In this document: piece by piece, positions 51,401 to 64,000 of the stretch
Numbering within the stretch: the stretch's first letter is position 1
Layout of the letters: each line of letters begins with the position of its first letter
Assembly (NCBI RefSeq): GCF_006345805.1
Contig: NC_043000.1
Coordinates: 161,138,001 to 161,202,000, forward strand
Direction: 5' to 3'
DNA length: 64,000 nt
DNA from: Octopus sinensis
Lineage: Eukaryota
Translations under genes and position numbers: made by a program
The notes under the pieces: generated by a model
The model's input: the letters and a program-made list of their open reading frames with translations, nothing else
Databases searched by the model: none
What the model was told of the DNA's origin: nothing

Positions 51401-52439
51401 ATTCTTACTACGAAAGAAGTAGCAAGATATAAATGTGAGACAAATACCATATATTATCTAGTTTGTATTTATTGCATTCAACGACGTGGCCCTGAAACTT
51501 TAGCCTTCTTCATCTGTTTCCTTCGGAAATGTTTCAAACAGGAATAGTGTGCTCTGTTTCCAGTTCCTAAAGATTTTCCTTGTGTTCAATGAGATGTAAT
51601 ATTTCTCCAACATGCTAACATACATTTTGTTTTATTATATACGAAATTATAAGGACACATTCATTCCTGTTATCTTTTAATTTCCAAACGTACGGTGAGA
51701 GAGCAGTGATCCTGATTTTATTCCTGGGTGTGAAAGCCAATGTGTGCTGCTTAAATGTACGTTTATAATGTACACTCCCAGACTAGCTTCTATCACTGTG
51801 TGTTTACTGTCAGCTGACTTTATATCGAAGCTATATATCAAAAATAGGAAAGCATGAATTACTGAATGAAACCTGCGACTCTTTAAGATGGATTTCAATT
51901 TTGGATTCAGTGCCAGAGATTACGCGTCAGAGGAACTAGTGTCGTGTTATTATTCCCAATTTCCCTCTTATCCACCTCAGAATACTAGAATAAATTTTCT
52001 GTTTAAAGCATCTCATGAGAAATGATGCCCTTCAAATACAAAAATGATTATTAATATTACCTTCAGATTTTAGCGAATGAAAATTCGAGGTAGAGATAAT
52101 CTAAGGTACTACATGAGCACATTTGTTCTTCCAACATAGTAATCGTTAGTGGTGCCGTTTTCGGAATGATTCCATCAAAATATATTGACGATTAAACTGA
52201 TGATGGCCCAGCTTTGTTTTTGCTCGTCTGTCAGCAGATGTAGCACATATTAAGCAGCAAAATCTTTCAGTTTTGCTTTAAATCATGTTGCATAAATGTA
52301 TAACGACACCTCCCTGTATAATTTTTTCTTTATATATAAACCTCCACACTTCATATCTGTCTTTGTATTGTTCTTCTGATTCTTCATCCTAGTGGCAGAT
52401 AAATGAAATCATTATTATTGTTGTTGTTATTATTCCTTT

Positions 52440-52940
52440 GTAACATAGTGTAGGTAAAAATCTACCGGAGACTTTAGTCATCTGTCAAGTCACAGCAAAG
52501 TCCTGAGACAGATAATAGTTACATTATGATGCCCGCTGTACCGAATAAGGCAGCTTATTACAAGACATAAACCTTTTATGGGATTTCCAGTTGCCTTAAG
52601 AATTTTGGAGTTTCAATGGGACTGAGCCCAACGCTCCGATCACCACTGGTAACACTTTTACATTACACTTTCGCATTCCGTACAGTCTTGCCATTTCCAC
52701 TTTCAATTCGGAGTACTTGGTAATTTTTCTTAACCTCTTTACTCACAGCATTCATGTCATTTGGTATGGCTACATCAATAATCTGACAGTATTTGTCTCT
52801 CTTATTCAATATAACAATATCAGACCGACGTTGTTCGATTACACTACCAGTCTGAAAATCATAGTCCCTCAGTATGGTTACTTTTCCATCTTCCTGCAAA
52901 ATTTTACTTGGTACATGCTCATACCAGATCTCTGTTACTT
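52440..52940 (-). mobile_element. R4/Dong-type RLE 3' fragment
   Basis: WYEHVP...KVTILRDYDFQT...EQRRSDIVIL...QIIDVAIPND...VVIGALG. Confidence 0.85.
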
Positions 52941-52946
52941 CATATA

Positions 52947-53023
<77 letters not shown>

Positions 53024-53024
<1 letters not shown>

Positions 53025-53212
53025 GCTTTTGCACAGCTTCTAACGCTGGAGATGTACTATTGTGTCAGCTATCACTACCAGTGAACAAAGGTAACACTTC
53101 TTATTTTTCGAGCACCCTCCAGAGTATTCGAGCGGTTCCAAGCAGTGCTGTTTTCTGCAAGTGCTCCACCCTTATTGCAGCCCTTATTTGTTCCATGTAC
53201 TTCTCAATATTT
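53024..53212 (-). mobile_element. R4/Dong-type 3' stub (distinct family) with (AAT)n tail at 52946-53023
   Basis: EKYMEQIRAAIRVEHLQKTALLGTARILWRVLEK*. Confidence 0.85.
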
Positions 53213-53219
53213 TTTTGCC

Positions 53220-53745
53220 TTCTTCAATGTTTTTCAAACACAGCACTGTCCTACCCAATGTTAACCACTCTTGTGTTACTTAGTCGGCATTTAACAAAGT
53301 GTTGAGTTGCGCAGCAGTTCTTGCATGCCATTCACCAAAGTATTGCGTAGACCTTCAAAAACAGAGATCAAGGCTACAACAAATAAAAAAAGTGAGCAAT
53401 AGTATCCCTGAATGAAATCTCTTGATTGTTACCTTGGCTATGCGCTGGTTGTTAAAGAAAAGACGTTTTTTGTTTCCATACTCTTCTTAATTAGCGCACA
53501 CAATTTCTCAGCTATTCCACAACCATCTCGAGTGTTTCCAAAATCCACGAATGCAGCAGCATAGCCTTTTTAACGTCCACCAAGGCCATGCACAAATCCT
53601 TTTAGTACGGTTTGCAGTTCTTCATCACAACCTTATCAATCATAAGGTGGTCCTTGGTGCCCTTAGATTCTTTTCGGTATCCCTTTTGTTCTATTGGAAG
53701 TAAACTGTTTTCTACAACAAACGTATGTATTTTATCTGCGAGGAT
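53220..53745 (-). mobile_element. R4/Dong-type RT fragment
   Basis: LLPIEQKGYRKESKGTKDHLMIDKVV...MALVDVKKA. Confidence 0.8.
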
Positions 53746-53769
53746 GCCTTGTTGTTGTTGTTGTTTTAC

Positions 53770-54230
53770 TGCTAAGAGCGATCAGTATCGTTTGCTCTGT
53801 TTGATTCTTTGAGAGTGGAGAGTACCCAGTTGTGAGAGGTCTCATAGGAACTCTTCTACACATTATAAGCTTTTATACTTGATAGTTAATTATCGTGACA
53901 GACATTCAGCATCCAAGTACCAATCTGAAAATCCTAGCTGTCCCAAGCAGAGCAGTCTTTTACGCTTGCTCTGCTCTCATACCAATTCCGATTTCTCTGA
54001 TAGACTTCTCAAACTTGGTTGTTAGCACTTCGTGTGCCCCGACAACGACTGGGATGAGAAACACTCTCCTCATAGTCCACATTCTTGCAGTTTCGTCTTT
54101 TAGTTGCCTGCACTTTTCAAACTTTTTTTAGTTTTTTGTCATTTGTGTGTGCATCCCCAGGTATTGCAATATCTACCATCTTGATTTCCTTTTTCTTTCA
54201 TCAACTACAACAAAATCTGGTCTCCTATCA
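53770..54230 (-). mobile_element. R4/Dong-type RLE 3' fragment (distinct family)
   Basis: RRPDFVVVD...VDIAIPGD...PVVVGA...KTALLGTARIFRLVL. Confidence 0.8.
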
Positions 54231-54264
54231 TTAATATTATCGTTATTTTCATTATCATCTTCTT

Positions 54265-54649
54265 CTAATTCTGTTTCCATTTCTTGCCAAGTGTCTTCCT
54301 GACTCCTAGGGCATAGAAACGCACAGTATACATTGGTAGGCCATTACAATAAACACACCAGATTGTTCATTTACAAAATCATTTGGTAGAGAGAAGAGGA
54401 AAGAAAAATAGACAGAAGAAAAGGAATTTAAAAAAAAATTAAACAGAGAAAAAATGGGGAAAAGGAAACAAAATTCACAGCGACAATGTTCTTCTCAATA
54501 TGTGTGACGTACCAGTCAAGACAATATTTTGCACTTCCTGCAGTTCCTATTTTGATCATTTCAAGTGGTCCTACAATCACTGGTATTGTAACCGTCGTGA
54601 GATGTCACATTCTTCTATTTCAGTTAGCAGATCTTTATATTTTCTGAGC

Positions 54650-54720
<71 letters not shown>

Positions 54721-54800
54721 TTTTGTTTTCTTCTTTCAAATTTGCTTCCATTTCTTGCCGAGTGTCTTCCCGACTCCTAGGGCAAAGACACTCATAGTAT
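54265..54800 (-). mobile_element. Family B R4/Dong 3' ends (54265-54650 and a stub at 54720-54800), separated by (ATT)n
   Basis: 3' UTR homologous to 35922-36145 (tttcttgccRagtgtcttccYgacWcctagggca). Confidence 0.85.
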
Positions 54801-54811
54801 TATTATTATTA

Positions 54812-54870
<59 letters not shown>

Positions 54871-54893
54871 TATTATTACTATTATTAATAAGC

Positions 54894-55353
54894 GAGTGAG
54901 AGAGTAATGTCACTGGGGAATAAGTAGCATGCATAGCTCTCTCACTGGGGTACAAATATACAAATCCCAACATACCCATCATGACTACACGTCAACTAAG
55001 GTTACACCTAGCACACAAATCCTAACCGTACGTGAGCTATATGGTGATTTCTTGTCAAGATAAACAGCGCCTGACCTTGCAGTAGGGGCCCAGTTAAAAT
55101 TTTCTTCACGTTGGTTAGATAAAGGTCCCTGAATAAATTTGTTTAAGGATGATGACCAAAATACCTAGGTTCCCAGAGGCGGATTATTCAAACTGCACAG
55201 AATTCACCTTAACATATGGCTATGATGCTCCCCCCCCCATTATTCCTACTCGTGATCAGAAATGCACATATTGTCAGTTCTTAGAGATATGCTCAACTGG
55301 CTAAGGTCAAGCAACTGACAAGCAAATCTGTGGCACTGAGCAGAATATTGGCT
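54894..55353 (-). mobile_element. 558-bp element copy f (5'-truncated, diverged)
   Basis: Homologous to 37989-38439. Confidence 0.88.
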
Positions 55354-55369
55354 ATTATTATTTTTGTTT

Positions 55370-55908
55370 GAGGGAGTAGTGCATGCTATCACAGTGTCAC
55401 TGGGGTAAAATATTCCAAGCCCAGTATACCCATCATGGCTACCGGTCTGATGAGGGTACATCAGGCACATGCATCACAACTATATGTACACAGCATGGTG
55501 ATCTCATATGAAGATAAACAGTGCATGACCTTGCAGGTGGGGCCCAGTTAGGATTTTCTTCTTGTCGAGTAGCCCATCCCACTCAAATGGTCCCTGAATA
55601 AGGATTTTTTAAGGATGTTGAACGAAACACTTATGTTTCCAAAAGTGAATTATTCAAAGCCGAAAGAATTCCTCTCAACACGACTGTGATGTTCCTCGCT
55701 ACTTCTGTTCGTGATCAGGGATCCGCATATCGTCAGCCACTAATGGATATCCTCAACTGGTTTAGGTCAAACAAACGGCAAGCAAATCTGTGCCATTGAG
55801 GAGAATTTTTGTCATAGCCCACCTTTTATACCAAGACAAAACATGTACGTGATAACACTCCCAATTAGTTAAGATTATAAACCATGAGAGTCAGATACCT
55901 AGTCTTGC
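55370..55908 (-). mobile_element. 558-bp element copy g (nearly full length, diverged)
   Basis: Homologous to copy d over nearly its whole length. Confidence 0.88.
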
Positions 55909-55918
55909 TATTATACTT

Positions 55919-56310
55919 AGGCGCAGGCGTTGGTGTGTTGTAAGATGTTTGCTTCCAAACCACATTGTTCCGGGTTGTGTTCCCCTGTACACACAGCGCA
56001 CGTATTAACGCATGTTTGTGCGTGTACGTGCATGTGTGCGTGTACGTGCATGTGTGCGTGTACGTGCATGTGTGCGTGTACGTGCGTGTGTGCACGTGTG
56101 CGTATGTCTTTGTCTTTGTATTTGCAATCCACCACAGCTTCACAACGGTGTTAACGGTTCGGCAAAAAAATGGGCTTCTTTCAGTTAACCAGTTACCAAA
56201 ATCCTCCACCAGTCTTTGGACGGCCGGAGAATGCATTAGAAGTCACCTGTACACAGTGCCGTGTAGTGGGACTGAACCTGGAACCATGTGGTTGGGAAGC
56301 AAACTTCTTA
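55919..56310 (+). mobile_element. SINE family 1 variant with an internal 18-bp tandem repeat, plus an inverted head fragment at ~56255-56310
   Basis: aggcgcaggcgttggtgtgttgtaag...; (gtgcgtgtacgtgcatgt) about x4 at 56018-56090; gggactgaacctggaaccatgtggttgg is the antisense head. Confidence 0.7.
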
Positions 56311-56369
56311 CGCACATATATAAATACATATACATATATACGTGTGTGTGTGTGCGTATTGAGTGGGAC

Positions 56370-56680
56370 TTTGTGATTTACGATGACAAGGGTTCCAGTT
56401 GAACACATTTACAAAACAGGTTGCACATGGAATTTTACGTGTAAATGGCAGAGCACTCCACAGACACCCGTATCCTGAACCTACATATAAGAGACAATAA
56501 GCGTGACACGGAATGTAACAACACTGGTCATTCGAGTTAGAGTACAACTCCTTGTTAGCAAGTAAACTGGAGCAACGTGAAATAAAGTGTCTTTTTGAAG
56601 GATAAACTACAGAATCAGGAATCGAACTTACAAACTAACGATCGTGAGCGGAACAACGCTCACCACTAAGCTATGCACCT
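56370..56680 (-). mobile_element. tRNA-derived SINE family 3 (CORE-like)
   Basis: Reverse complement: tagcttagtggtgagcg (A box)...agttcgattcc (B box)...gacactttatttcacgttgctccag. A related fragment lies at ~28730-28810. Confidence 0.65.
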
Positions 56681-56814
56681 GTATATATATATATGCGTGT
56701 ATGTGTATTTATGTATGTATATATGTATGTACGTATATGTTTTAAACGCATACATATAGCTGCGTGAGTATGAACGTGTGTGTAGCCGCACATAAAAATA
56801 AACACCACACAGGT

Positions 56815-56963
56815 AAGTATATATATATATATATATTTATGTATATATATATATACATACATATATACATACACACACATATAAATAAATAAATAAATAA
56901 ATAAATATATATATATAGTATATATATATATACATACATACATACACACACACACACGCACAT

Positions 56964-57020
<57 letters not shown>

Positions 57021-57023
57021 CAT

Positions 57024-57060
<37 letters not shown>

Positions 57061-57074
57061 AATATATATATATA

Positions 57075-57117
<43 letters not shown>

Positions 57118-57124
57118 TATATAT

Positions 57125-57172
<48 letters not shown>

Positions 57173-57437
57173 TATATACATATATATGCCTATGTGTGTG
57201 TTTGCATAGACTTTTATGTCCCCACTCTGCCAAGATTCAATCATTTATGCAAATAAACAAACACAAACTTAGAGATGTGAAATTGTGTTTGATGACAGAA
57301 TTATGTAACTGATGACGGGGTTATGTTGACATCAGAGCAGGCGAAGAATGTGATGTAATTACAGAAGCCAGACTTTACAGCACTACGCTTAATGATAGAC
57401 TGTTGCTATAGTAAAACACACACACACATATACGTAC

Positions 57438-57483
<46 letters not shown>

Positions 57484-57494
57484 TATATATATAT

Positions 57495-57525
<31 letters not shown>

Positions 57526-57560
57526 TATATATATTACATACATAGTATAGAGATACATAT
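56815..57560. repeat. (TA)n-dominated low-complexity tract
   Basis: Directly visible. Confidence 0.95.
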
Positions 57561-57799
57561 ACATTCACCCACATGTATGCACACATAAAAGTTAATGTAT
57601 TCGTATATACGTGTGTGTGTGTGCGCTGTGCTTTACATTTAATAATTCATATGTGTGTACTTATCTACATAGGCGTCAGTTCTGGATGTCTGTGAGTGTG
57701 CTTATGAACTGTAGATGTTACACAGCTGCTAAACTGTTGCCATAGATGTTCTATGCTCTATACAATACGCGGCTGTCTAGAAAGATCTATAGTAATAGC

Positions 57800-58049
<250 letters not shown>

Positions 58050-58117
58050 AATAATAATAATAATAATAATAATTATTATTATTATTATTATTATTTATTA
58101 TAATAATAATAATAATA

Positions 58118-60690
58118 TAGATATGTTGATGATGAAGGGAAGCTCATGATAGGATATAGAAAGAAAATGCATGACATTTGGATGAAAACCCAGAGCTTAG
58201 ATATTAGGGAACCGACTGTGAGCAGGCAAGGATGATAATGAAAAAAGGATGGTTAACAGCATTAGAACTTGATGAGATTAGGAATAGAGTGACGATCGAA
58301 AATACAGTGAGTGATGTTGAAGTGGTTACACAGAATGGGGACGAGTTTGCAGTCAGTGATGGGGCCCAAGAGAATTTTGCTGGTATAAAGTTTGACGATG
58401 TAGAAGGACTGAGCGATGAGAAGAGAGGAATAATCGGAGATATCACTGGTATCATTCAGAAATATTTGGACATGGCAAGACATGGATTCAAGAAAGTGGA
58501 TAGAATTTGGTTCAGTGGGTGAACTCAGAACGTGGATAAAATTAAAGCAGATAATATAACTAGAACGAATAGATTGATTAAAGCTTGTATCAACTATATA
58601 GAAAGGAAAATAGGTTTCGAACTAAACCGTGAAAGAGAAAATGTAGCAAAACGACCTTGGTGGAAAAGAAAGATAAAGCAATCAATGAACGAAATACAAA
58701 ACATCGATATCGTAGTAAGAAAGAAGCATAGTGAAATCAAGAAGAAGGTGAAATATCGGGAACGGGAACGTAGATATAGAATCAAGAAAAGTGCTTAAGT
58801 GTAGAACTTGAAGAGATGAATGAAAAACTGTAGGCAAAAGCTACGAAAATTAAGGGATATGACCAAAGAATTTATAATCAATAGATTGCTCCAACAGGAT
58901 CAGAAAAGGGTTCATCAGCAGCTGAAGGGAAAGGTTAACAGCTGTGAGAAACAGGACACGGAAGAAAGTAGATTTTGGAGTAACATGTAGGATAATGGAA
59001 GAAATCATAGGAAAGATGCTGAATGGCTGAGGGAATTAAGATCCGAGAAAAATGAAGTGAAACGGAACAATATAAGAATAACAACTGAAATGGTGACCGA
59101 GCAGAATACAAAGGTTCGAAACTGAAAGGATACTGGTTGATAAATTTTCTGGCATTACATAAAAGAATAGCTGCGCAAATGGATAAAATAATCAGCAACG
59201 GGGTGGAAATCCCAACGTGGACGACGACCACATGTAAAACGGTTCATTGCCAAATGGACCCCGGTAAAGGTAATGTAGTGGATAATTCCCAGCTAATTTC
59301 CTCTCTACACTTGTTGTGGAAAATGATGACAGGAATAACATCTAATTGTGGGTACGATTTCCTGGAAATGAATGACAAACTGCCAGATGACCGAAAAGGA
59401 TGCGGGTGGAGAATCCAAGGAACGGAGAATCGACTTTTGAAAAACTGAATGGTTCTGAACGATTGCAGGAGAAAACATTTTAATCTGACTCTGGCGTAAG
59501 AAACGTTATGACATGGTCCCCCATTCCCGGATTTTAGAAAGTGTTGAGTTGGTACCGGTGTCTATAATATTTTGCATTTTATCAGATCAATGGACATTTG
59601 GAATACAGTGTTAACATTTATGGCGAAGGTTAACATCAGTAGAGGCATATTTCAGGGAATTAGTCTGTCGTTGTTTGTGATTTCTATGACATGTCTCACA
59701 GAGATATTACAATAAGTGACAACGGGGTACACCTTGAAAAATGGAGAAAAGTTAAATCACCCTGTTATATAGAGATGACTTAAAGATCATCAGTGATCAT
59801 TAAAGAAGGCGAAGTAGTGTCCTCTGTTAGTGTAAAATTATCCACCGACGAGAGAATCAAGGATGGTAAGATGGATAGTTATAGGATTCTGGGTGTTTTT
59901 TGGAATATGACAAAGTGAAGGGGAGTAAGATTATGGAAAGCTTTAGGCGAGAATACCCCAGAAGAACCAAATTAATTATGGAGAGTAGACTTACAAAAAA
60001 GAACACAATCAAGGTAATACATAGACTGTTTCATTAATGGGATGTGGTTCAAATATTGTTAATTGGAAGAAGAACGAGCTTGGAGAAATGGATAGAAAAA
60101 ACAGGAAAGTGATAACAATAACAAGGAATTGCGCCCTAAAAGTGATATCGATAGACTGTATTTGCCTAGATACGTAGGGAGAAGTCTCATAGGATACAAG
60201 ATCTGTCTTGTCAATGAGGAAAGCAGTCTGATTGAACATTTGTTTGTCACTGACATAAATAGCAACACTATACCTGGTGAAAATATGACACTCAAAAACA
60301 TTAAATAAATATGATGGAGAACAAAGATTCTACAACTAGGAAATGAAACCGACGCATGAGCAATACTTCAAAAGAGAAATTGAAAGAAAAGACGTGATTA
60401 ACATCTGGAGGTGGTTAAGGGAAAGTGATCTGCAAGGATGCAATCAGGCATTGATATGCAACGCCTAAGGAACAAGCTCTGAGAGCTTATTACTCTAAGT
60501 TCCAAAGAGTGAAACGCCCCTTTGTAGGATGTGTGGCAGCAAGAACGAAACAATCTCATAGATTGTGAGTGATTATAGCAAACCGGCACAAAAGGAATAC
60601 AAAAGGAGGCATGGTAACGTAGTTTAGTTTGTTCAATGGAGATTGTGTTAGAAGTACAATCCTAGAAGAATATGGAAATAGTACAAACAT
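58118..60690 (+). mobile_element. Long decayed R4/Dong-type LINE (N-terminus, RT, CCHC)
   Basis: GWLTALELDEIR; NITRTNRLIKA; RPWWKRKI; LHKRIAAQM...IPTW; RGIFQGISLS; KSDIDRLYLPR; AQKEYKRRH. Many frameshifts. Confidence 0.88.
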
Positions 60691-60699
60691 GATACAGCT

Positions 60700-61911
60700 C
60701 GAACAATCCTTCGTTTCAGCAATAATAGGCCCTGAAACGTACCTTCATATAACAAGTGATGTGCTCTTACGAACTGTACTGAAGCATGAAGATTCCAAGC
60801 AAGCTTCACTCACGAAGGAATTTTTTAAATCTCTTAGTCTACAAGTTAACAATAAGAATAACCAAAGACACCCAAATACTGACAGACCAGCCTTTGCTTC
60901 TCCTGATTTTGAAACTAACAATCAGAAAGACCAACGAAATCCAAATAGTGACAAACTTATCACACAATGCGAAATCATCAAACAAAAAGAAGGCTTGTAT
61001 GAATAACGTCGAAGAAAAGTGGAAAGGTAAACTGCTGCATGGATGATACCCTTACTGCCTGTCCAAGCGAGATACTGATCAAAATCTAACACACTAATGG
61101 CTACAGGGGACAGGTCTGAAAGTGGAAACAGAATGTTTTGTTATTGCAGCACAGGATCAGAGCTTACCTACAAGAAACTACTATACAAACGTCCTTAACG
61201 ATGGATGTGCCCCCTCGCTGAGAATTTGCAGAAACTTCGCGGAAACAATTGATCATGTGGTTTCTGGTTACCCTGTCCTCGCTGAAAATGAGTACCTCAT
61301 AAGACATGACAAACTAGGGCTGTACATTCACTGGAATGTTTGTAAAAACTACAAAATTAAATGTCACGATATGTGGTACAGGTAACATCCAGAGGATGTA
61401 GTAAATGGTGAGGACATCACCATTCCTTGGAACTTCCCAATACAAACAGACAAACAAATTGACTCCAATCGACCAGACATTGTGATCAAGGGCTACAACA
61501 GAGGGAATTGTCTATTAATAAATATGTCTGTCCCACAAGATCAAATTGTCTCATAAAAGAATACGAAAATCTTTCTCACTATAAACATCTGCAAATTGAT
61601 ATCACCAAAATGTGTAAGCATAGCATTACGATAACACCAGTAGTAATTGGTGCGTAGGGAAGGATAAACAATGGAGCTGAGAAGTATATTAAGCAATTCC
61701 CCGGTGATTCCAGTCTCCATGAACTACAAAAGATAACCTTGATGGATACAGTCCATATACTATGGAAAACACTCTGCACCTAAAATGGAATAAATGTGGT
61801 GATAAATTTAGCATGCATAACAAAACAAAAGTGCCCTTCTTACTCTGGGCCTCCGGAGAATGCCCGGTACTAAGGGAGCTGAAATAAAGTTGTTATGAAA
61901 AGAAACCATGA

Positions 61912-61980
<69 letters not shown>
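60700..61980 (+). mobile_element. Second R4/Dong-type LINE 3' portion with UTR and (AAT)n tail
   Basis: WKGKLLHG; LKVETECFVIAAQDQSLPTRNY...RICRNFAETIDHVVSG...RHDKLG; SNRPDIVIK; VVIGA; LQKITLMDTVHIL; tail 61912-61980. Confidence 0.9.
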
Positions 61981-62089
61981 TTTTTATTTATTTATTTTTT
62001 ATTTTATTTTATTTATTTATTTATTTATTTATTTTTTATTTTTATGTATTAGACATTCACTAGTACAATACAAAAAAAAAAAAAAAACC

Positions 62090-62165
62090 CAAATATATGG
62101 CACAGAACTTCCAACCTGTTGTCTCTTGAGGTCTCTGGGTGAGACTTGGAGAGTCAAACATAGAA
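62090..62165 (+). mobile_element. Probable 3'-UTR stub of a further R4/Dong family
   Basis: Hairpin aggtctc-tgggt-gagactt just upstream of (AAT)n, positioned like the other LINE 3' ends. Confidence 0.5.
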
Positions 62166-62182
62166 TAATAATAATAATAATA

Positions 62183-62237
<55 letters not shown>

Positions 62238-62238
62238 T

Positions 62239-62269
<31 letters not shown>

Positions 62270-62316
62270 CAACAACAACAATAATAATAATAATAATAAA
62301 AATTATTATTATTATT

Positions 62317-62347
<31 letters not shown>

Positions 62348-62367
62348 CATCATCATCATCATCATCA

Positions 62368-62405
<38 letters not shown>
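62163..62405. repeat. Compound (AAT)/(AAC)/(ATT)/(CAT) microsatellite
   Basis: Directly visible. Confidence 0.95.
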
Positions 62406-62407
<2 letters not shown>

Positions 62408-62960
62408 GCACTAATACAGTACCAGACAGTGGCTCCCATGGCTTCTGATCATAACTGATTGGAAGTGTTATCATGTACATTGTTTTGTCTTGGTATAAAA
62501 GATGGGCTACAGCAAATATTCTGCTCAATACCACAGATTTGCTTGTCAGTTGTTTGACCTTAACCAGTTGACCATGTTCTTTAGTGGCTGACGATATGTG
62601 CATCTCTGATCACAAGCAAAAGTAGTTGGGGTGCATCATAGCCGTGTGTTGAAAGATATTTTTGGAAGTTTGGATAATTCACCTTTAGAAACATGGATGG
62701 CTCGTTCAACATCCTTAAACAATCCTTATTCAGGGACTTTTTGAGGGAGTTGGGCTATTCGAACTAAAGAAAATTTTCACTGTGCTCTACATGCAAGGTC
62801 ATGCGCTGTTATCTTTATATGAGATCATTATGTCACGCACATATCGTTGTGATGCATGAGACTGGTGTACCTTTGTCAGACGGGTAGTCATGATGGGTAT
62901 ACTGGGCTTCGTATATTTTACCCCAATGTCACTTTGAGGGCATGCACTGCTCTTTCACAC
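62406..62960 (+). mobile_element. 558-bp element copy i (full length, diverged) with (AAT)n/(AAC)n tail
   Basis: Reverse complement of copy d over its full length. Confidence 0.92.
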
Positions 62961-62990
62961 AATAATAATAATAATAATAACAACAACAAT

Positions 62991-63022
<32 letters not shown>

Positions 63023-63279
63023 CTAGCTGGACCTGTGAAAACGTCAGGGAAAATATAAAAAATGTAAGCATCTGTAAATTGTGCTGGTGCCATGAGAAAT
63101 GATTCTAATATTGTGACACTTACAGAATATAGAAAGAAGTGTAAAACCGATAACTATATAATCTAATCTAAATATATGTTACGCAAACGTTAACAGAATT
63201 ACTATTTAGCCTTAAAATACACCGTATATACTCAAAGAACCGTCTTGATTTAGTGGTACGGAACGTTCTTATGGTACTC

Positions 63280-63554
63280 TTTTATTCTCCTACTTATTTC
63301 AGTCATTTGACGGTGGCCACGCTGGAGCACCGCCGTTTAGTCGGAGAAATCGACCCCTGGCCTTATTCCATTTAATCTTTGCGCTTGTTCTATCAAGCCC
63401 TTTTGCCGAACCGCTAATTTATGGGGACGCAAACACACCAGCATTGGTTTTTAAGCTATGGTGATGGGGTGACAAAGACAGACACCACAAATACACACAC
63501 ACATACTTACATACATACATACAAACATACATAGATACATATACATAAATATAT

Positions 63555-63622
<68 letters not shown>

Positions 63623-63702
63623 ATACACGACAGGCTTCTTTCTGTTTCCGTCTACCACTCAGAAGACTTTGGTCGCCCCGCGCCTATAGTGCAAGACACT
63701 CT
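63280..63702 (-). mobile_element. SINE family 1 copy
   Basis: ggccacgctggagcaccgcc...ttttgccgaaccgcta...tttccgtctacca is the reverse complement of the 3970-4362 type. Confidence 0.8.
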
Positions 63703-64000
63703 ATAAAGTATAGAGTTGAATTTCGTGTACCCACCTGGTGGCAACTTTTGTCCCCCGCCCATTTTATAGAGGAGATTACCTATTTTTCCAGGCTTTTTTC
63801 ACAGCTATACTCCGTTCGAAATTTGCATTAGATTTTTAATGAAAAAGAAGGGAATGTTTGTAATTTGTAGAGAAAACGATGAACGCGCCTGAACAAAAAC
63901 ATACTATTTCTCCCACCAACTAAAAGACATGAAAAACTATCAAACAAGGCGAATAAGGACCGGGGATGAGGGAAAGAAGTCACAACCAATACTCGATCCT

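Overview
AT-rich, microsatellite-dense eukaryotic DNA with no intact host protein-coding gene that I can support. The SINE repertoire resembles Octopus (coleoid cephalopod) repeats; this is an inference from recognition, not a database search. The window is mostly decayed mobile DNA. (1) Four strand-polarised clusters of R4/Dong-type restriction-like-endonuclease (RLE) non-LTR retrotransposon fragments from several families sit in (AAT)n/(ATT)n tracts at about 24.4-25.5, 33.2-41.4, 52.4-55.9 and 57.8-63.0 kb. (2) Nine copies of a non-coding ~558-bp element lie in these clusters. It has no recognisable tRNA head, is co-oriented with the R4/Dong fragments, ends in (AAT)n, is mostly 5'-truncated, and shows predicted long-range 5'/3' pairing plus a 3' stem-loop like those of the LINEs. 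It is the best candidate for an undescribed non-autonomous partner system. (3) Several Penelope-type minimal hammerhead ribozymes occur, including one with an intact canonical core (19981-20078, -) and one with a U3-A8 covariant core heading a structured RNA domain (27126-27166, -). (4) DNA transposons: Chapaev3, maT-type DD37D, Tc1-type DD36E, and mariner and hAT MITEs. (5) HERO, Tx1/L1, RTE and Penelope remnants and three tRNA-derived SINE families. All folds and alignments were done by eye, and coordinates of decayed elements are approximate.
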